The notes beneath the pieces are model-generated. The model saw only the letters and a list, made by a program, of their open reading frames with translations, ran no database searches and was not told the origin of the DNA. The translations under genes were made by a program, and so were the position numbers. Below, in pieces: positions 33,649-42,079 of a stretch of 64,000 nucleotides of DNA. Position 1 is the first letter of the stretch. Every line of letters starts with the position of its first letter. Location of the stretch: IMG/VR virus record IMGVR_UViG_3300038379_000822, positions 1 through 64,000 of that record, one strand, 5' to 3'. This DNA comes from a virus.

Positions 33649-34125
33649 GTGATGGCAAGCATCCCCGATGAGCTCGTCACGTTCCGGGAAGCGCTCGAGC
33701 GCGCCGCGGCGAGTTTGTTAGGCAACGGCCAGCATCGCCGGCAGGGCTGGGTTTGCGATACCGGTTGCTGGGAAGACATGCTCGCGGTCGCCGAGGGGCT
33801 TCGTGGCGTCGAAGGTCGACTGCTGCTTGCCCACTACGAGAGCGCAGCCCTGGTCCGCGCGTTCTACCAGCTCGCGGCCTACCAACTCGCGGTGCTCGTT
33901 CGTCGGCCGATGAGCGCTGACTCACCCGATGCTACGGCTACCGAGCTTCTCAAGGACGTGCACGCGCGAGTCTGTAGCCTCGCGGAACAGCTTCGCTGCG
34001 TGAGCGCGCCACGCGTCTGCGTGATGTGCTCGAGCGACGCCCTGCCCGATGACATGGTCTGCGCTGAGTGTCGCGGGTCAGTGAACTTCCGGATGGCGCC
34101 ATGGTCCGCGCCGGATGGCTCCTGA
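33649..34125 (+). CDS. Hypothetical protein (158 aa), C-terminal CxxC..CxxC
   Basis: GTG/ATG start at 33649/33652. CVMCSSDALPDDMVCAEC. Confidence 0.6.
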   Translation: MMASIPDELVTFREALERAAASLLGNGQHRRQGWVCDTGCWEDMLAVAEGLRGVEGRLLLAHYESAALVRAFYQLAAYQLAVLVRRPMSADSPDATATELLKDVHARVCSLAEQLRCVSAPRVCVMCSSDALPDDMVCAECRGSVNFRMAPWSAPDGS

Positions 34126-34295
34126 TGAGGCAGGTTCTCTCGAAGTACTACCCTAACCCTCCGCCGCTCGTTGCGGAAACGCGGAGGTAGGCAGCCCGTG
34201 CGTGGTTCGGGTCATGCAGTAGTGAACGCCGGCGAAGCGTGCCGAACCAGCCGTGACGGCTCGGAGAGACGAGCTCTTACCTATCGGAGTGAACC

Positions 34296-34643
34296 ATGAA
34301 CGAACAGACGGACCACCGTACGGATATCCTCACGAGTCTGCTCGGCTTCGCAGGCCGCCATCGCACGAACGACGGCGTGGTTCTTGTGTGGCGCTCCTTC
34401 CGCTGTATCAGCGATGCCCTACGGCTCGAACACCTGGTCGTCGTGACGCCGGTTATTCCGCATCTGCTCGTGGATGCGCGTGCACGGCACCTTGGCGATG
34501 CGCCGGTACGTCACGCGTATGCCGCAACGCAGTTCAGTGCGCTGGATGACTTCTTCCGCGCGGCGCTCGGCACTGCGCTTCTGCTGCCGCCGGTACCTGG
34601 ACCGCGCCAGCGCGCCGATGCCGCGCTCCGGAGCTGGGCATGA
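34296..34643 (+). CDS. Hypothetical protein (115 aa)
   Basis: ATG follows GGAGTGAACC. First gene after the 170-nt gap at 34126..34295. Confidence 0.55.
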   Translation: MNEQTDHRTDILTSLLGFAGRHRTNDGVVLVWRSFRCISDALRLEHLVVVTPVIPHLLVDARARHLGDAPVRHAYAATQFSALDDFFRAALGTALLLPPVPGPRQRADAALRSWA

Positions 34644-35023
34644 GCGCCATGACCCCCGATCAAGAGCGCCTGCGGGCGATGAGCAGCGAAGACCTGCTCG
34701 GCGAATGTCTTGCTCACGTGGCGAACGCTGCGTTGGGCGGGCGCCTCGCGTCCTTGCTCGCCGAGCTCGCCGAGCTCGCCGAGCTACGTCGCCGCCTCTC
34801 CGCCTACGCGATGCCGCAGGCGCGCGTGGAGTGGAGCGGGGAGGCGAGCGTACCCCACCGCGGGCTGCCACCAGAGCACTGGGTGGTGATGCGTGTCATT
34901 GGGGCTTCGGATAGGCCCATGTGGACGGACACGGCGAGCGTTCACGATGCGCCTGAGGACGCGCGCGGCTCGCTCGCTGACTGCCTCAACGCCATCACCG
35001 ACTTCGTGCGGAGGGTCCGATGA
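34640..35023 (+). CDS. Hypothetical protein (127 aa)
   Basis: ATGA overlap. Confidence 0.6.
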   Translation: MSAMTPDQERLRAMSSEDLLGECLAHVANAALGGRLASLLAELAELAELRRRLSAYAMPQARVEWSGEASVPHRGLPPEHWVVMRVIGASDRPMWTDTASVHDAPEDARGSLADCLNAITDFVRRVR

Positions 35024-35349
35024 CGCCTGACGAACTGCGGGCGATGAGCGGTAAGGGACTGCGCCTGGAGCTTTGCTACTACGACGTTGGCGCCTGCGAT
35101 CCAGATGACACTGATGCTCTGTTCGACGAGCTCGAGCGCCGCCTTCTCCTGCTCGAAGAGCTGACGATGGCGCTTGAGCGAGCGCGGGCTGACGTCGATA
35201 GCGAGCGCGACAGTGTCGCCAGCGACATGCGGCGCCCTCGCATCCCGGAGCCGCGTCTTGTGCGGCTCGACGCGCGCGAAGACGCGCTAGGGGACATGCT
35301 CAACACTCTCGATCGTCTCCTCACTCTCGCCCGCGGAGGCACGCCATGA
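35020..35349 (+). CDS. Hypothetical protein (109 aa)
   Basis: ATGA overlap. Shares the N-terminal TPDxxRAMS motif with the previous gene. Confidence 0.6.
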   Translation: MTPDELRAMSGKGLRLELCYYDVGACDPDDTDALFDELERRLLLLEELTMALERARADVDSERDSVASDMRRPRIPEPRLVRLDAREDALGDMLNTLDRLLTLARGGTP

Positions 35350-35762
35350 CCGCGCGACAGTGGACCGATGAGGAGCGGCAGGCGCTGAGCGACGCGGACG
35401 ACGCGTTGGAGCATGTTACTCGCGCCGTCCTGGCCATGCCTCGCCTGTCTGGTGTAGCCCGGCACCTGAGATTTGCCGAGAATACCCGACCGGCGCTGCC
35501 GCACGTGACGAGCGCACAGTGTGACGCCCTCGCTCTCGCGTGGTCGCGTCGGTGGCGGACGTTTGGGGAGGAGGCGCCGAAGCCCCGGCAGGCAGTGACG
35601 ATGCTCGCCGGACGCGGAAGGGTGACGATCGAGCGCTACATCGGCGTCGATCCGTTCAGCGGCCTCCACACCACGAGCCCTCACAACCTCGACCAAAGGT
35701 TCACGGTCCACTGGCCCAGTACGTGTCTCTGGCGCCCCGCGCCCACGTGGGGGGAGCTGTGA
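35346..35762 (+). CDS. Hypothetical protein (138 aa)
   Basis: ATGA overlap. Confidence 0.6.
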   Translation: MTARQWTDEERQALSDADDALEHVTRAVLAMPRLSGVARHLRFAENTRPALPHVTSAQCDALALAWSRRWRTFGEEAPKPRQAVTMLAGRGRVTIERYIGVDPFSGLHTTSPHNLDQRFTVHWPSTCLWRPAPTWGEL

Positions 35763-36088
35763 CCCGCGCCACCCTCGCAGCCGCCATGCGCCGCGCGGCA
35801 GACCGGATCATGGTTCCGGGGCAGTGGTGTCGATTTGGCAAGGCGCTTGGCCTCGCCAACACTCGTACGTCTCCCACGGCACCAGACGCGCACGCGTGGT
35901 GCGCCATTGGCGCGCTCGGAGTCGAGATGGGGACCAACCTCCCTGAGGTGCTCATCACGCAGGCGTACCCGCTGGTCGGTGCACGAGTCTACGCGCTGGC
36001 CTTCGCCAACGACAAGGCAGAGACGCCCGACATCCCCGCCGCGCGCCTGCGCGCGATGGCGGATGAGCTGGAGGGGCGCGATGTGTGA
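35759..36088 (+). CDS. Hypothetical protein (109 aa, GTG start)
   Basis: GTG 35759 overlaps the previous stop (GTGA). Confidence 0.6.
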   Translation: MTRATLAAAMRRAADRIMVPGQWCRFGKALGLANTRTSPTAPDAHAWCAIGALGVEMGTNLPEVLITQAYPLVGARVYALAFANDKAETPDIPAARLRAMADELEGRDV

Positions 36089-36422
36089 ACTCGACACGGA
36101 TCACGCTGTCACCAGCTCAGAGCGGCGGCGTGCCCGCAAGCTGCACGTCTGCTGCGCGTGCGGCGAGACCATCCCCGTTGCAGCCCTACATGTCTACACG
36201 ACGCAGCTCTACGGCGGCGACTGGCAGCACTGGCGACACTGCGCGCGCTGCTGGCTGATGGTCGATGCCGTGATCTCGCGCGGCGAGTCGTGTTATTGGC
36301 AACTCGACTGCGGCGCGTCATGGGAGGCCGCGTTCGGCGCTGCGCCACCTGATGACGTGGCGGCGCTCGCGTTCTTGACGCCGCGCGAGGCGCAACAACG
36401 GCTGGAGACGACGCGTGTCTGA
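36081..36422 (+). CDS. Cys-rich hypothetical protein (113 aa)
   Basis: ATG 36081, with an 8-nt overlap. HVCCACGETI...HCARC. Confidence 0.6.
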   Translation: MCELDTDHAVTSSERRRARKLHVCCACGETIPVAALHVYTTQLYGGDWQHWRHCARCWLMVDAVISRGESCYWQLDCGASWEAAFGAAPPDDVAALAFLTPREAQQRLETTRV

Positions 36423-36609
36423 CCTCACGCCGAATGAGATCGCGAAGCTGGCGCGGCGGCTGGTGCTGCCGTGGTCGCCCATCGTGGGTGAGCCGAGCGA
36501 GGTACGCGTGATGCTCACGAGCGGAGCCTGCTTTCCTCGACAGAGCGCTGAAGCCATAGGCAGCGACAAAATCATCTGTCGCTGCCACGCGATGAAGGAA
36601 ACGCCGTGA
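36415..36609 (+). CDS. Small protein (64 aa), N-terminal SDLTxxEIAxLA..R...PW module
   Basis: GTG 36415. The N-terminus is homologous to 37126..37419 and to an internal segment of 37412..37837. Confidence 0.5.
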   Translation: MSDLTPNEIAKLARRLVLPWSPIVGEPSEVRVMLTSGACFPRQSAEAIGSDKIICRCHAMKETP

Positions 36610-37133
36610 ACACTACTGAAGCAGAATCCGAAGTGGCCGACGTACGGACGATGTCCATCACTGATCTTCTCGCCGCGCTGGGTCACCCGGCGCTGGGCGA
36701 ACGAGCTGACGCCGGCACGAGATCTCTCGTCGACGAAGTCGTGCGACGTGTGCGGCTACTGGAATACTTGATGGCGGAACTCGAGCGCGAGCATGCGGGC
36801 TACCACGTTGACATCAACACGCTTCGCGCCATCATCCACGCCGGCACGCGGAAGGACGCTGGACCGTGGTTCTCCGATGACGGCGACGGATGCTATCGCT
36901 CTTGGAGCAAGAGCGAAGGACGCTTGGCTGCTTGCGTCATGATCGGGGCTGACGGACTGTTGCTGGCTCGCATCTGGGACTATGCCGCGAGCTACACCCG
37001 CGATGCCGCGCCGCATAGCGAGCGCTCCTTCGACTCGATCACGGAGGCGCGCAACTGGTGCGATGCGAAGCTCACCGAACACGGGTACGGGCTCCGGATG
37101 GAGGAGGAGGATGACGATGACGACGATGAGTGA
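36606..37133 (+). CDS. Hypothetical protein (175 aa) with C-terminal FDSIxxARxWCDxxL module and poly-Asp tail
   Basis: GTGA overlap. C-terminus FDSITEARNWCDAKLTEHGYGL...DDDDDDE. Confidence 0.65.
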   Translation: MNTTEAESEVADVRTMSITDLLAALGHPALGERADAGTRSLVDEVVRRVRLLEYLMAELEREHAGYHVDINTLRAIIHAGTRKDAGPWFSDDGDGCYRSWSKSEGRLAACVMIGADGLLLARIWDYAASYTRDAAPHSERSFDSITEARNWCDAKLTEHGYGLRMEEEDDDDDDE

Positions 37134-37419
37134 CCTGACCGGCGACGACATCGCCATCCTGGCGCAACGCACTGCCCGTGCCTGGGTCAGCCGCAGCATT
37201 TCCAGCACCCGGCATGCGCTGTTGGGCTTTGATATCCCTATGGCGAACGTCCGGATCATGCACGAAGCGATCGTGGCGCGCGTCATGAGCACCCGTGCGC
37301 ATGGTGCTCCGTACATCGAGAAAGCGTTCGACTCCATCACGGCGGCACGCGACTGGTGCGACTCGCAGCTGATTGCTCGGGGCTGGTTTCTGATGACGAA
37401 GGACGACCGCAATGCATGA
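37126..37419 (+). CDS. Hypothetical protein (97 aa), paralogous modules shared with its neighbours
   Basis: ATG 37126 (MSDLTGDDIAILAQR..AW). C-terminus FDSITAARDWCDSQLIARGWFLMTKDD. Confidence 0.6.
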   Translation: MSDLTGDDIAILAQRTARAWVSRSISSTRHALLGFDIPMANVRIMHEAIVARVMSTRAHGAPYIEKAFDSITAARDWCDSQLIARGWFLMTKDDRNA

Positions 37420-37837
37420 TCGGCACGTCGTGGTGCGCGAACTTCGCAAGATGGCTGCTGTCCTCCGCGCTGGTCTGACCATGCCGGAGACGGTCAACAA
37501 CGCAGTGCTGAGCACGCTCGATGAAGCTGCCGATATGCTGGAGTCATCGGAGCCGAAGTCCGCCAACGATCTCGCAAAGCTGACGGAACGGGTGCTGTTG
37601 CCGTGGCGTCACAAGTACCACGACGGCTACCACGAACGCCGTGGGCTCGCTAACTCGGTTGGTACACGTGCAAAGGTGCATGAAGCTCCATATGGGTACA
37701 TGGCTAGCGTGTGGCGCGACGCGTCCACTGGCGGCATTCAGTCCAGCCATGGGCATCTAGCGGGCGCCCTGGCCTGGTGCGACGCCCAGCTCGCTGCCGC
37801 TGGCTGGCTCCTGATGACGGAGGACAACGATGAGTAA
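37412..37837 (+). CDS. Hypothetical protein (141 aa), same WCDxxLxxxGWxLM C-terminal module
   Basis: SANDLAKLTERVLLPW and ALAWCDAQLAAAGWLLMTEDNDE. Confidence 0.65.
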   Translation: MHDRHVVVRELRKMAAVLRAGLTMPETVNNAVLSTLDEAADMLESSEPKSANDLAKLTERVLLPWRHKYHDGYHERRGLANSVGTRAKVHEAPYGYMASVWRDASTGGIQSSHGHLAGALAWCDAQLAAAGWLLMTEDNDE

Positions 37838-38243
37838 CGTGAGTCGGATGAAGGGCGACGAACTCGCCCACGAGCTGCTCCGAACGGTCGGAGAGGACTG
37901 GGGCGCTGACGAAGGGCCGTCGGCGGAGACGCGCTCGCTATACGACGAGGTCGCCAGGCGCCTGCGGCAGCTCGATACCGGCGAACTGCAGATGAGTCCG
38001 CAGCGCGGCATCGTGGCGCATTTCGATGTCCTCTGGCACCCGCTCGCGGACGTGCCGAAAGATGAGGAGATGGTGCTCGTCGCCGAGTGCGGCCATGGGG
38101 AAGTTACGCTTGCCCGATACATGGACGAAGGATGGTCCTTCGTCATCAAGTTCGGTCGTGGTGAGGCGCCGACGGACAACCCGCTTCACTGGCGGTGGTG
38201 CCAACTCCCCTGGTGGCGCATCGGGCATGTCTCGAGCAAGTAG
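37830..38243 (+). CDS. DUF551-like protein (137 aa)
   Basis: WHPLADVPKDEEMVLVAECGHGEVTLARYMDEGW...HWRWCQLP fits the DUF551 pattern (from memory). Confidence 0.6.
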   Translation: MSNVSRMKGDELAHELLRTVGEDWGADEGPSAETRSLYDEVARRLRQLDTGELQMSPQRGIVAHFDVLWHPLADVPKDEEMVLVAECGHGEVTLARYMDEGWSFVIKFGRGEAPTDNPLHWRWCQLPWWRIGHVSSK

Positions 38244-38265
38244 TCCGAACGCAGCGCGGCCGCGG

Positions 38266-38532
38266 ATGTTGCCCGCGAGGGCAACTGACGGCACGACCGG
38301 CCCCAATCACGTCTCTCCGGGCGAGCTCGAGCTTCGGCGACGCGTCCAGCGTGAGCACGAGGCGCTCATGGAGCGCGTGCGGAACCATCCGCACCTCCGC
38401 TTCGGACGCGAGCTGATCTCGTCGCGGGAGTGGCACGAACGCATGGCTGCTGCTCGCGCCACCGGGAAGAGCATCAAGCCGTGCCCGGACTGCCGATGCG
38501 ATGCTTGCCTGGCGCTTTCACGAGCGCGCTGA
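38266..38532 (+). CDS. Hypothetical protein (88 aa), C-terminal CPDCRCDAC
   Basis: Internal ATG 38266 of track ORF 38026..38532. Weak SD. Confidence 0.45.
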   Translation: MLPARATDGTTGPNHVSPGELELRRRVQREHEALMERVRNHPHLRFGRELISSREWHERMAAARATGKSIKPCPDCRCDACLALSRAR

Positions 38533-38534
38533 TT

Positions 38535-38544
38535 GTGCTAGCAC
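38535..38544. promoter_or_regulatory. GTGCTAGCAC palindrome followed by CAGC (site 4, single unit)
   Basis: Lies in the 85-nt gap between plus-strand genes (38532/38618). Same core and CCAGC flank as sites 2 and 3. Confidence 0.45.
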
Positions 38545-38617
38545 CAGCAAGGCATCATGGTTGGGTGCGCGACATGGCGGCGCGCACGATCCGACGGTGA
38601 CGGAAAGGAACGCGAGG

Positions 38618-39400
38618 ATGGCGCGACGCAAAGATAACCGCCCGGTTCTGGCCTGGCACCTCTCGGAAGATGGATGGGAAGGCTCCGCCGAGATTGTCTT
38701 TGCGCGCAACGCGGCCCAAGCGCGCCGTAACTGCACCGTGATGAGCGACCCCGAGGGGTGCGAGATCGTTCGCGTTCCCAAGTACGACTGCTTCCTGGAC
38801 GATCCGGAAGGTCTGTTCTGGGCGCAGATGGCGGACGGCTGGTGGATTCGGTGCGCCGGATGCGAGACGCACATCGCGGAGAGCATGATCGACGACGCTG
38901 AGATCAATCCTTACGGTCGGTACTTGAGCGAGATCTCCAAGAACGAGCCAGCGCCCAGCTTCGAGGATGTCGTATGGCGCCACGGCGAAGCCTGGTGCTC
39001 CGAATGGTGCTGTGGCGCGCATGCTGTGGACCGCGTGAACTTGCGGATTCTGCGCTGGGAAGGGATCGCGTGGGCAGTGAAGCGGTTTCCTGGATGCGAA
39101 GTGACGGGGGTGCAGGACTGCCTCACGAATAATGCCAGGGCCTACGAGCGGCAGGTAGCCCTGAAGCTGTTGCTTCCACCGGGGCGCGATAGCTTTCATG
39201 TATATAGCGTCGACTTCGAGCGGGAACTCACGGATGGTACGATGAGACTCTCGCTGCATTCCGCCGCGATCTGGTGGCACTACCAGGAGTGGTGTCTGGC
39301 GCATGGCCATAAACCGCCCTGCACGATTGATGTTGCGGCTGTCAACGAGGAGTTCCGTCGATACCTCGACGGCATGAAAGTGAGCGAGGCACATCTATGA
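38618..39400 (+). CDS. Hypothetical Cys/Trp-rich protein (260 aa)
   Basis: ATG 38618 (MARRKDNRPV...) follows AGGAACGCGAGG. Confidence 0.7.
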   Translation: MARRKDNRPVLAWHLSEDGWEGSAEIVFARNAAQARRNCTVMSDPEGCEIVRVPKYDCFLDDPEGLFWAQMADGWWIRCAGCETHIAESMIDDAEINPYGRYLSEISKNEPAPSFEDVVWRHGEAWCSEWCCGAHAVDRVNLRILRWEGIAWAVKRFPGCEVTGVQDCLTNNARAYERQVALKLLLPPGRDSFHVYSVDFERELTDGTMRLSLHSAAIWWHYQEWCLAHGHKPPCTIDVAAVNEEFRRYLDGMKVSEAHL

Positions 39401-39819
39401 GTCTGGAACACGGGGCATGCGTGCAGGTCATGCGCGAGATTATTCCACTGCTGGAGCGCTTCGAGCCCGCGATCGATTCCAGGCACTTCAAGTTGGTCAT
39501 GGAGAGCGACAGTGATCTCTACGAGCTCGCGCATGCGATCGTGGCCATGATCGAGGTGCGCGGCATCGAGAACGAGTACGCTAAAGTCGTGCGAGACGCC
39601 TGGTGCAAGTGGGCTGCGTCCCATCCAGCGCCGAAGTCCTCGTGGCTGGTCCCCTGGGAGGACCTCGACGCCGAACAGCGTGACGCAGACCGCGCGATTG
39701 CACGCGCCCTGATCCGGCACTTCATGCTCAAGGAACGCATGGGAAGCGTGCAACCCGTGATGGATGCCGTCGCGCTCCTGGCGCCGTTCAGCCACAAGTA
39801 CAAGCGGCCACTGTGGTAA
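39397..39819 (+). CDS. Hypothetical protein (140 aa)
   Basis: ATGA overlap. Confidence 0.65.
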   Translation: MSLEHGACVQVMREIIPLLERFEPAIDSRHFKLVMESDSDLYELAHAIVAMIEVRGIENEYAKVVRDAWCKWAASHPAPKSSWLVPWEDLDAEQRDADRAIARALIRHFMLKERMGSVQPVMDAVALLAPFSHKYKRPLW

Positions 39820-39831
39820 GGTCGGGGACCG

Positions 39832-40191
39832 ATGTCGGTTCGTAAGCGGGAAGCGCATGCTGATGCCGCGCGGAGGCGCAAGGGTCAGCCGCCGGAGTTC
39901 GCGTGCATGTCGCGTAAGCGGCGGCGCTACAGCAGGAAGAATCAGCGTTGCCACGCGCGCGTATCACCCTTCTGGCGCGCCTATGACCATCTGGCGCTTC
40001 AGAAGCTGTGCCAGGGGCACCATCTACGATGGCAAGGTATCGCGGAGTTCGTGGAGGAGCATGGGCGTCATCCTGTGGCGGAGGACTGGTGGGCGCTCCC
40101 ACCATGGGAGATGCCCTGGTTGACGCGCGGTCCGTGGCGCAAAGGACCCTTCCACCCCCACCTGGTAGCCTGGGATGACATCCCGTTCTGA
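39832..40191 (+). CDS. Hypothetical basic, Trp-rich protein (119 aa)
   Basis: Fits the gap between neighbouring plus-strand genes. Competing ORFs on the other strand and frames look like shadows. Confidence 0.5.
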   Translation: MSVRKREAHADAARRRKGQPPEFACMSRKRRRYSRKNQRCHARVSPFWRAYDHLALQKLCQGHHLRWQGIAEFVEEHGRHPVAEDWWALPPWEMPWLTRGPWRKGPFHPHLVAWDDIPF

Positions 40192-40198
40192 GAGCCAC

Positions 40199-41122
40199 AT
40201 GAGCAACGACAAGATCACCGCCCGCATCGTCCTCGACTCGCTCAATAGCCGTCTTCCGGGTCGCGTGCATCGGCTCACGACCCTGGTCGTGACGTTCCCG
40301 CGTTTCATTCTCGCTGAGCTCAATACGCATCGTGCGTTCTCACGCAACTCGGCGAGTAGCCGCGCCATCCCGTTACGGCGGCAGCTCGAGCTCCTACTGC
40401 GCGAGTCCTTCGTCCCTTCGCCATGGACGCGCAACCAACCCGGCATGCAGGCATCGGAGGTGGAAACCGACCCGGGCGTCATCGTTCAGAACGACGCCGC
40501 GTGGCTGGACAGCATGCTCTGCGCCAGGGACGCAGTCAGCGCGCTCGAGCTCAGCGGGGTCCACAAGCAACACGCGGCCCGGCTGCTCGAGCCGTTCATG
40601 TTCCATGAGGTCGTGATCTCTTCGACGGACTGGGCGAACTTCTTCGCGCAGCGTCCGACGCCCATGGCGCAGCCCGAGATGCGTGAACTCGCGGAGAAGA
40701 TGCGTGACGCCTACCTGGCGAGTGAACCGACGGAGCGGAGCTTTCACGCACCGTTCGTGACGCCCGAGCTGGATCCGGCGCTGAGCGCAGCGGAGGCGTA
40801 CGGGCTCGTCGGGCGCGATGCGGTCGCGCGTGCGGCACGCGTCAGCTATGGCCGCACTGACACGGGGACGACGGAGGAGAACAACGCACTCACCGAACGC
40901 CTCGCGGCATCGCGCCACTGGAGCCCATTCGAGCACGTTGCGGCTGCGATGCCGCCGGAGGACGCGCACCTCTTCGAGCGTCCCGTGCTGCGCTGGCGAG
41001 GATGGAAGCCCGAGCCGGTGCCCGGCAAGTTCACGTACTACTGCGGCAACTTCAACGGATGGATCCAGGCGCGGAAGATCCATGACGGCGAAGACGGCGG
41101 CGAGCACATGGCAGACGCCTGA
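40199..41122 (+). CDS. thyX: ThyX-like FAD-dependent thymidylate synthase (divergent)
   Basis: FPRFILAELNTHRAFSRNSASSRAIP resembles the ThyX RHRxxSxxxxSxR signature, with Thr for the first Arg. ATG 40199 (MSNDKITARIV). Confidence 0.6.
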   Translation: MSNDKITARIVLDSLNSRLPGRVHRLTTLVVTFPRFILAELNTHRAFSRNSASSRAIPLRRQLELLLRESFVPSPWTRNQPGMQASEVETDPGVIVQNDAAWLDSMLCARDAVSALELSGVHKQHAARLLEPFMFHEVVISSTDWANFFAQRPTPMAQPEMRELAEKMRDAYLASEPTERSFHAPFVTPELDPALSAAEAYGLVGRDAVARAARVSYGRTDTGTTEENNALTERLAASRHWSPFEHVAAAMPPEDAHLFERPVLRWRGWKPEPVPGKFTYYCGNFNGWIQARKIHDGEDGGEHMADA

Positions 41123-41307
41123 GGTGCACACCTCGGCTCGACGACATCGGATGCGGGCTGCTGCCCGACGATCACAAGGCGCTCTACAGAGACTTCCTCG
41201 GTCAACGCATCGTCGGCGTCACTCATCGGCATCCAACTGAAAGTGGAGGCGATGGCTGGCACCTGGATCTTGCGAACGGCGGGCGTATTACCATCGCGGC
41301 GGTCATC

Positions 41308-41652
41308 ATGAGGCTTCTAGTCTGCGGCGGCCGGCGGTTCCGAGAGCGCTCATGGCTCCGCGATGTGCTAGCCGGCCTTCATCGGCAATCGCCGATCACG
41401 TTGCTCATCAACGGCAATGCGCCCGGTGCCGATGCCTTGGCGCTTGAGTGGGCCGCCGAGGAGGGCGTTCCGACCTCCATGCACGCGGCTGCATGGGACC
41501 GCTATGGCGCTGCGGCGGGGCCGCGGCGGAACGCACAGATGCTGCTAGCACGACCAGATATCGTGGTAGCCTTCCCTGGCGGTCGCGGGACCGCCGACAT
41601 GGTTCGCAGGGCGCGCGCGGCGGGCGTGCGTGTCATCGAGCCGATGCGGTGA
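41308..41652 (+). CDS. DUF2493 / SLOG-family (YspA/DprA-like) protein
   Basis: MRLLVCGGRRF...INGNAPGADALALEWA...AAWDRYGAAAGPRRNAQML...VVAFPGGRGTADMV. The frame is open upstream to 41119 (see findings). Confidence 0.75.
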   Translation: MRLLVCGGRRFRERSWLRDVLAGLHRQSPITLLINGNAPGADALALEWAAEEGVPTSMHAAAWDRYGAAAGPRRNAQMLLARPDIVVAFPGGRGTADMVRRARAAGVRVIEPMR

Positions 41653-41662
41653 GGAGTGAAAG

Positions 41663-42040
41663 ATGGACGATCAGCAAGTACCGACGCATCCGCTCTTCGA
41701 CGACAAGCTGCTGGTTCTCTTGTGCAAGTGCGAAGACGCATGGGGCGCGGACTCCCAGATTCGCGTAGCTCAGGAAGAGCTCTGCGAGCTCGCGGCGTGC
41801 ATCAACCAGTTCGCTAGCGGGTTCCGGGCGCTGCTCTCGGAAAACATCGAGGATTGCTTCGACTGGTTGCGCTCGAGCGAGCGCGATCTGGCAGTGCCGC
41901 GATGTGTCGTGTTGCGATGGATGGTGCAACGCCGTGGCGATCGATTCGAGGTCTGCCCAGGCGAGGCGAGCGCCCACCTTGTCGCGCTGGAAAACATGGC
42001 TCTTCGTGGGTTTCGGGGTCAGCGTGAGACGTGGGTCTGA
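41663..42040 (+). CDS. Hypothetical protein (125 aa; weak MazG-like NTP-pyrophosphohydrolase resemblance)
   Basis: AQEELCELAACINQF and ENIEDCFDWL resemble MazG EExxE/ExxD helices. Low certainty. Confidence 0.5.
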   Translation: MDDQQVPTHPLFDDKLLVLLCKCEDAWGADSQIRVAQEELCELAACINQFASGFRALLSENIEDCFDWLRSSERDLAVPRCVVLRWMVQRRGDRFEVCPGEASAHLVALENMALRGFRGQRETWV

Positions 42041-42079
42041 GGTCGGCGAGCCGAGCGTGCCGAGCCTCAATGCCTGAGC

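Noticed and set aside
34126-34295. 170-nt intergenic gap with small hairpins (CCTCCGC...GCGGAGG; GGTTCGG...CCGAACC) as a possible ncRNA
   Set aside because: The stems are short (7 bp) with long loops, there is no terminator-like U tract, and no motif is shared with other sites. It is probably just an internal promoter region and is not reported as a feature.
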